A stretch of DNA of 64,000 nucleotides from Clostridia bacterium (GTDB lineage Bacteria; Bacillota; Clostridia; Oscillospirales; CAG-272): assembly GCA_017411745.1 (NCBI GenBank), contig JAFQPM010000021.1, forward strand, positions 71,460-135,459, in the 5' to 3' direction. This document shows, one piece after another, positions 26,753 to 32,818 of this stretch (the first letter of the stretch is position 1; the number at the start of each line of letters is the position of its first letter). Both the position numbers and the translations under genes were made by a program. The notes beneath the pieces were generated by a model. It saw nothing but the letters and a program-made list of their open reading frames with translations. It was not told the DNA's origin and did no database searches.

Positions 26753-28390
26753 TCAGTCTTCCTTTTTCTTGAAGAAGACAAATCCCGCAACGGCAGCAAC
26801 CGCAACGACCGCAGCCGTACCGAATCCGACTACGCTTCCGCAACCGCCTGCCTTATCATCGTCAGTAGAAGGAGCAGAAGTTCCTGTGGGCTTCTCGTCC
26901 TCGGGCGCAGCAGTAGTTCCTGCGGGAGCCTCAGTAGTTTCTGCGGGAGCTTCGGTAGTTTCCTCGGTGGGTTCCTCCGTGGTTTCTTCGGTAGTGTCAT
27001 CGGGATTCTCTACACCAATGTAATCATAAACGTAAGCCTCGGCCTCTTCCATATTTCTGAAGAATGCCATAAAGCACATGTCAAGAGTGTTTCTTCCGGG
27101 TTCATTGTAGAACATACCATAAAAATCCGCGCGCATACCGTGAATTCTTCCCTCTGCATCCCACAAATCCTCAGAGGACATATCGCAGAAGAAATACAGA
27201 TACGAATTACCTTCCTCGTCCAAGATAGGCTCGTAGCATACCTCAAGACGTGTTTTGTGATTGTCATCCGCGCTGGAGAACTCACCCGTCATAATGTAAG
27301 CCCAAACCTCCTCGCAAGCGAAGCAGATGACCTCGCCGTCCTCTTCCTCGCACGAGCAGTAGTTTCTTGTAAGCACAAGTGCTATTGGGAAGTCCTGAAT
27401 ATCGTACGAAACGTCATTCGCAACCGAGTAGTTCGCATTGATGATCGTCTTGTCAGCAAGATATGTAACCGACCAGTCGTCATCGTTACGGGTCCTGTAA
27501 GGATTGCCGCTGATACCCGTGTTGGTCTTCGCATCTGAAAATTCTCTGCTTCCGTTAAGCAACACTCCGGGCATGCCGGGCTCAACTGTGTCGGGAGATG
27601 CTATTTCAGCGATCTCGGTGTAGTAGTTAACGGGATCTTGTCTGTCATCACCCGTAGGAGTGGTTGCAGTTTCCTTGCTTGTACCGAACTTAAGGACAGT
27701 CATTTCCGCGGTGCCGCCCTTTTTACCCGCCATAAAGTTAAAACCAACGAATGCCTCCATATCAACGAAGGTCTCATTCATATATTTGATGACCGATTCG
27801 GGAGCCTTCCAGCCGTTGATATCAGCCGCAAACGTAGTACCGTCCCAAGTAACCGTAAGCTCAAGCAGAAGCTTGCCGTTTTCATCCATAGGAGAGGTTC
27901 CTTTGACAGTAGACTGTGCGCCTGCATCAAATCCGCCCGTGTGCCACCAAAGCGTATGGATAGTTCCGTCGGCATTGGTTCTTATAAGAGTTTGAACACC
28001 GAATCCGTACTTGTCAACGTCGTTACTTCCGGGCAGAACCATTTCCTGACTCCAAAGGTTCATATTAAACCATTTGTCGCCCGCATCCCAAGTAAATTCA
28101 TCAATACGAACGAGCATATAAACGCCCTGCTTAACGTCATATTGAGTCTTTGTCTGTATTCCGCCCTGAACACCAAAATCTTTCCAGTCAGCAGGAATCA
28201 CTCTAAGTCCCTCGTTGGTATATTCGTAACCGATAACGCTAGTGTAATCGCCCTCAAAATCGTCACGATATTCTCCCGCAGAAGAATAAGCCATCCAGTC
28301 GCCCTCAACCGCAGCCGCAGGAATACCAATGACCGCTGCAAGCGAGAAGATCATTGCTAAGCTCAAAAGTCCCGAAATAAATTTTTTCAT
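26753..28390 (-). CDS. Secreted surface protein, array paralog P4 (subfamily 2)
   Basis: 545 aa, RBS AAGGAGAG, MKKFISGLLSLAMIFSL... Same signal peptide, C-terminus and module order; the mature part is closest to P5. Confidence 0.85.
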   Translation of the reverse strand: MKKFISGLLSLAMIFSLAAVIGIPAAAVEGDWMAYSSAGEYRDDFEGDYTSVIGYEYTNEGLRVIPADWKDFGVQGGIQTKTQYDVKQGVYMLVRIDEFTWDAGDKWFNMNLWSQEMVLPGSNDVDKYGFGVQTLIRTNADGTIHTLWWHTGGFDAGAQSTVKGTSPMDENGKLLLELTVTWDGTTFAADINGWKAPESVIKYMNETFVDMEAFVGFNFMAGKKGGTAEMTVLKFGTSKETATTPTGDDRQDPVNYYTEIAEIASPDTVEPGMPGVLLNGSREFSDAKTNTGISGNPYRTRNDDDWSVTYLADKTIINANYSVANDVSYDIQDFPIALVLTRNYCSCEEEDGEVICFACEEVWAYIMTGEFSSADDNHKTRLEVCYEPILDEEGNSYLYFFCDMSSEDLWDAEGRIHGMRADFYGMFYNEPGRNTLDMCFMAFFRNMEEAEAYVYDYIGVENPDDTTEETTEEPTEETTEAPAETTEAPAGTTAAPEDEKPTGTSAPSTDDDKAGGCGSVVGFGTAAVVAVAAVAGFVFFKKKED

Positions 28391-28435
28391 AACAAGCTCT
28401 CCTTGACATTTTTTAGGGAGTTATCCCTTTAGATA

Positions 28436-28465
28436 ATTTTATCATAAAATATTTGTCATTGTAAA
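28436..28465 (-). promoter_or_regulatory. Promoter of P4
   Basis: Sense strand reads AATTTACA - 18 nt - (TGa)TAAAAT. Confidence 0.65.
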
Positions 28466-28532
28466 TTCGCATTCTTTACAAAAAATAACTATTTATTTGT
28501 AACTATTGCCCAATAAAACACTTTCAATAGAA

Positions 28533-28563
28533 AAGGCAGTCGTGCATAAAGCACGACTGCCTT
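28533..28563 (-). terminator. Terminator of P5
   Basis: 13-bp stem AAGGCAGTCGTGC/GCACGACTGCCTT. The U-tract is weak (UUCUAUUG). Confidence 0.6.
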
Positions 28564-28588
28564 TGTTAATGTTCACCCGTTAAAGCGG

Positions 28589-30217
28589 TCAATCTTCTTT
28601 TTTCTTTTTAAACGTAACGAATGCAACCGCACCTATAGTCGTAACCATAGCAACTGCACCAAATCCAACTACGCTTCCGCATCCACTATTTTCATCATCG
28701 TTTGCGGTATTGTCGTCGGAATCAGCACCGGTAGTCTTCTCGGGAGCTTTGGTAGTTTCCGTAGTAGCGTCTGTGGTCTCCCCAGGCGCCTCGGTGGTCG
28801 CTTCCTCGGTGGTGCTTTCAGTCTCAGCGGGCTTTTCTACGCCCAGATAATCGTAAACGTATCCCTCTGCATCCTCCATATCTCTGAAGAAACCGACGAA
28901 GCAAACGTCAAACTGGTTAAGTCCGGGGGTCGCATAATCAATTCCGTTAAAGTCCATACGAACAGCATTCACTCTTCCCTCTGCATCCCAAGGAGCGAAA
29001 TCATCACTCATATCCGTATAGAAGTACAGATAAGAATCACCGTCGATCTCAATGGGCTCCCAGCATACGTAAAGAGGCGTACAATGATCTCCGTCGGGGC
29101 TGTTAAATTCTCCGGTAACAAGGTACATCGTGACCTCCTCGCACGCAATGCAACTTCCGTCCTCCTCTCCGCAGGTGCAGAGATTTCTGACGAGCATCAT
29201 AACTGCGGGGAAATCATCTATGGAGTAAGATACTTCATTTTTAGGCTTATAAACTACGCTGACAGACGAGCTGCTTGCAATATAGGTAACCGAATTATCT
29301 TCGTTGAGAATAGAGTTACCCGTCGAGCTCTTGCCTGCGGTGGTATAGGAATCCGAAGCGTCCTTGCTTCCGTTGATAAGGATCGCGGGCTTGCCATCCT
29401 CTACGGTAGAAGGATCTGCAATTTCTGCGACCTCGAGAGAGTAGTTGACAGGAGCCTCTTTGTCGTCACCCGAAGGAGTCAGAGCAGTCTCCTTTGTAGT
29501 ACCGTACTTGAGAACGGTAAAGCTTGCATCTCCAAGGGTCTTGGTGTGGAAGAACGCCATACCGAGATGTGCCTCCATATCAACGAAGGTCTCGTTCATA
29601 TAGTCAATAACTTTCTGGGGGGCAGCGATTCCGTTAATGGTAAGAGCAAACGAATTGTTCTCGTAAGTAACCACGAGTTCAAAGAGCGCTCTGCCCTCCT
29701 CGTCGTACATATCTACCCCTTGGAACGCAGAAGATACCTGAACCTGAGTGAATCCCTCAATATACCATTCAAGCTGAATAAACTTTCCGTCGTTGCCGGG
29801 TCTCATAATAGTCTGAACACCGTATCCATCTCTTTCAGCGTCACTGCTTGCAAGCTCTACCATCGGCTCGCTCCAGAGATTAAGATTGAGCCACTTATCA
29901 GGCGCGTCGTAAGAAAACTCGTCAACGCGGATAAGCATGTAAACGCCTTCCTTGAGATCGTATGTGCTCTTGGTCTGAAGACCTCCTCTGGGGCTCTGAC
30001 CTGCATAGAACTCGGGAGAAATGGTATGGAATCCCTCGTTCGTGTATTCATAGCCCATAACGCTTACGTATTCGTCATCCTCATAGTCGTCGCGGTACTG
30101 CTCCTTGCGGGCATATACCATCCAGTCACCCTCGACCGCAGATGCGGGGAGAGAGACGATAATGAGGGTCGAAACGATCATAGCAACTGCCAACAGTAAC
30201 GATAAAAACCTTTTCAT
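28589..30217 (-). CDS. Secreted surface protein, array paralog P5 (subfamily 2)
   Basis: 542 aa, RBS AGGAGG, MKRFLSLLLAVAMIVSTL... Same architecture. Confidence 0.85.
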   Translation of the reverse strand: MKRFLSLLLAVAMIVSTLIIVSLPASAVEGDWMVYARKEQYRDDYEDDEYVSVMGYEYTNEGFHTISPEFYAGQSPRGGLQTKSTYDLKEGVYMLIRVDEFSYDAPDKWLNLNLWSEPMVELASSDAERDGYGVQTIMRPGNDGKFIQLEWYIEGFTQVQVSSAFQGVDMYDEEGRALFELVVTYENNSFALTINGIAAPQKVIDYMNETFVDMEAHLGMAFFHTKTLGDASFTVLKYGTTKETALTPSGDDKEAPVNYSLEVAEIADPSTVEDGKPAILINGSKDASDSYTTAGKSSTGNSILNEDNSVTYIASSSSVSVVYKPKNEVSYSIDDFPAVMMLVRNLCTCGEEDGSCIACEEVTMYLVTGEFNSPDGDHCTPLYVCWEPIEIDGDSYLYFYTDMSDDFAPWDAEGRVNAVRMDFNGIDYATPGLNQFDVCFVGFFRDMEDAEGYVYDYLGVEKPAETESTTEEATTEAPGETTDATTETTKAPEKTTGADSDDNTANDDENSGCGSVVGFGAVAMVTTIGAVAFVTFKKKKED

Positions 30218-30265
30218 AGTTAGAACCTCCTAAAAAGCTGTCAGACGATCATCGTCCTACCTTTC

Positions 30266-30294
30266 ATTTTACCACCAAAGCCATTTTTTGTAAA
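30266..30294 (-). promoter_or_regulatory. Promoter of P5
   Basis: Sense strand reads AATTTACA - 17 nt - (TGg)TAAAAT. Confidence 0.65.
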
Positions 30295-30387
30295 TTGACA
30301 TTTTAAATCAAAAAGCCCCGCGTTTTTTGTGGATAGTAAACAATAGTTTCGGCAGCCGAGCGACACGACCGAACGGCGACGAATCGA

Positions 30388-31356
30388 TCAACCGTTTTCA
30401 AAAAATTTTCCCTGCCAAAGATCCGCGGAAAACATCTTTTTATCAATATTATTTATAACTATCGTCTTTTTTCGACTCCACTCGGGAGCTAAGAGCTCGC
30501 TCTGCATACCGTCGCCCGTCAGTCTGCCCACCACAGTCTCGGGAGGAAGAAGTGTCAGCGCCTCAGCGACTATATCAACGTATTCCTCCATTTCAAGCGG
30601 CTCGTATCCGCCCTCAAGATATATCTCGCCAAGCCTCGTTCCCCTGATGACGTGAAGCAAATGAAATTTCACCTGATCGGGCACCAGCCTCGCAACCTCT
30701 TTGACTGACTCAAGCATCATCTCCCTATTCTCCTCGGGCAACCCGAAGATCAGATGTACGCATATCTGTATCTTGTCCGATGCTTTCCTCAATTTCGCGT
30801 ATCCCTCGAGAAAATCCGCAAACGTATGCCCTCTGTTAATAGCAAAAGCGACCGAATCGTGAACCGTCTGCAATCCAAGCTCAACGGTCAATACTGTCCT
30901 CTCTGCCAAGGACGCAAGATACTCCACCACGTCATCCTCAAGACAATCGGCACGCGTGGCGATGTTCACTCCAACGACGCCCTCCTTGCCCGCGACCGCC
31001 TCGACCTTTTCTCTTATTACCTCAAGCGGCGCATAGGTGTTGGTGTGCGCCTGAAAATACGGAATATATTTGTCGGTCTTCCACTTGGACGACAGCTGAG
31101 CCTTAACTATCTCAAACTGCTCCTCAACGGGCAAGACTGCGTCAGCCGCAAAATCCCCACTTCCCCTCGGCGAGCAATAAATGCATCCTCCGACCGAGCA
31201 TTTTCCGTCGATATTCGGGCAGGTAAAGCCCGCGTCAAGCGGTATCTTCATACACTTTCCGCCAAACGTCTGTCTTAGATAATAGTCGTAGGTGTAATAT
31301 CGCTTGTTGCTGTCACTGTTCGGATACGGATTTATATCCTTTTGTTTTATCTTCAT
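30388..31356 (-). CDS. TIGR01212-family radical SAM protein (YtqA/YhcC-like)
   Basis: CPNIDGKCSVGGCIYCS cluster motif typical of this housekeeping family. ATG 31356 follows AAGGAG. Confidence 0.85.
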   Translation of the reverse strand: MKIKQKDINPYPNSDSNKRYYTYDYYLRQTFGGKCMKIPLDAGFTCPNIDGKCSVGGCIYCSPRGSGDFAADAVLPVEEQFEIVKAQLSSKWKTDKYIPYFQAHTNTYAPLEVIREKVEAVAGKEGVVGVNIATRADCLEDDVVEYLASLAERTVLTVELGLQTVHDSVAFAINRGHTFADFLEGYAKLRKASDKIQICVHLIFGLPEENREMMLESVKEVARLVPDQVKFHLLHVIRGTRLGEIYLEGGYEPLEMEEYVDIVAEALTLLPPETVVGRLTGDGMQSELLAPEWSRKKTIVINNIDKKMFSADLWQGKFFENG

Positions 31357-31437
31357 TGATACTCCTTGATCCTTAAAATTCAAGGGACGGTAATCTAAAT
31401 TGCCGCCCCTCGTACTATCAGGATTATTCTAACAAAT

Positions 31438-32715
31438 TCAATTATTCAAAAGCTTTTCGGCAGCCGCAAGCTTAACGCATACGGTCAAAACACCCATAGC
31501 TTTGTCGAGCTCCTCGATAGTCGGATACGTGGGCGCGATACGGATATTGCTGTCGTCGGGATCGTATCCGTAAGGATAGGTCGCGCCAACGGTCGTCAGC
31601 GTCAGTCCGGCATCCTTTGCAAGCTGATACGAGCGCTTCGCACATCCCTTTTCAACGAACAGACTGATAAAATATCCGCCGTTGGGATCGGTCCATTTCG
31701 CGATGCCGCGCGGAGCGAGCTCACGCGAAAGATGCTCCTTGACGAGCGCAAACTTGGGCGCGATTATAGCCGCGTGCTTTTTCATATGAGCCTTCACGTT
31801 CTCCGCAGTTTTGAAGAACTTAACATGACGGAGCTGATTGAGTTTGTCGAAATTAATGGTCTGCGCCATCATTATCTTCTTGATCTGCTTAAGATTATTC
31901 TCGCTCGCCGCCATAAGCGCAACGCCCGCGCCGGGATAGGTTATCTTGGACGTCGAATAGAAGCAAAGAACTCTGTCGGGATTGCCCGCGTTGCAACACT
32001 CCTCGATAATGTCGAGAAGCCCGTCACCCTCGTCGTAAAGATCGTGGATAGCGTACGCATTATCCCACATAATTCTGAAATCGTGTGCCGCTGTCTTCAT
32101 AGAAGCAAGACGGCGAACGGTGTCGTCGGAATAAGTGATTCCATCGGGATTGGAATACTTGGGATTACACCAGATTCCCTTCACCGCAGGATCCTTAACG
32201 AGCTCCTCGACCGCGTCCATATCGGGACCCGTAGGAGTCATATTCACGTTGACCATCTCGATGCCAAGCGACTGCGTCACCATAAAGTGACGGTCGTATC
32301 CGGGCACGGGACAGATAAATTTGACCTTTTCCTCCTTGCACCAAGGGCGCTCACTTCCGCAAACGCCGTAAAGCATCGCGCGGCTGAGAGTATCGTACAT
32401 AAAGGTCAAGGACGAGCTTCCTCCAAGCAGAATATTCTCCGAAGGAATAGTCAAAAGCTCAGAAAAGAGCCTTTGCGCCTCGGGTACGCCCTCAAAAAGA
32501 CCGTAATTGCGGCAATCAAAGCCTGCCTCGGTCTTGCAGTCGTCAGCCCCGTGCAAGATGTCAAGGATGCCGTCGGACAGATCAAGCTGTGCCGTGCAGG
32601 GCTTTCCTCTCGATATATCGAGCTTAAGTCCGCTTGCTTTTATTTTTTCATATTCGTTTTTCAAGCTCTCGTACTCTGCAAGGAGAGCTTCACGTGACAT
32701 TTCGCAATATTTCAT
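31438..32715 (-). CDS. PLP-dependent aminotransferase (class I/II fold)
   Basis: 425 aa. [14 protein letters not shown] holds the Schiff-base Lys context. ATG 32715 follows GGAG at 9 nt; the track TTG is one codon upstream. Confidence 0.75.
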   Translation of the reverse strand: MKYCEMSREALLAEYESLKNEYEKIKASGLKLDISRGKPCTAQLDLSDGILDILHGADDCKTEAGFDCRNYGLFEGVPEAQRLFSELLTIPSENILLGGSSSLTFMYDTLSRAMLYGVCGSERPWCKEEKVKFICPVPGYDRHFMVTQSLGIEMVNVNMTPTGPDMDAVEELVKDPAVKGIWCNPKYSNPDGITYSDDTVRRLASMKTAAHDFRIMWDNAYAIHDLYDEGDGLLDIIEECCNAGNPDRVLCFYSTSKITYPGAGVALMAASENNLKQIKKIMMAQTINFDKLNQLRHVKFFKTAENVKAHMKKHAAIIAPKFALVKEHLSRELAPRGIAKWTDPNGGYFISLFVEKGCAKRSYQLAKDAGLTLTTVGATYPYGYDPDDSNIRIAPTYPTIEELDKAMGVLTVCVKLAAAEKLLNN

Positions 32716-32818
32716 CAAAAATTACTCCGTTTTTTCATTTAATACACAACGAAACACATTATACCATATATTCAAGAAAAAAGCAAGATATATTTTCAAA
32801 TTTTGCAAAATTTTTTAT

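Noticed and set aside
30388-31356. Radical SAM gene directly next to the Cys-containing paralog array, considered as a possible maturase or RiPP-like modification enzyme for the array proteins.
   Set aside because: Its CPNIDGKCSVGGCIYCS motif and size match the widespread housekeeping TIGR01212 (YtqA/YhcC) family. The array proteins are Sec-exported large proteins, not leader-peptide substrates. Each array gene is a separate transcription unit ending in its own terminator.
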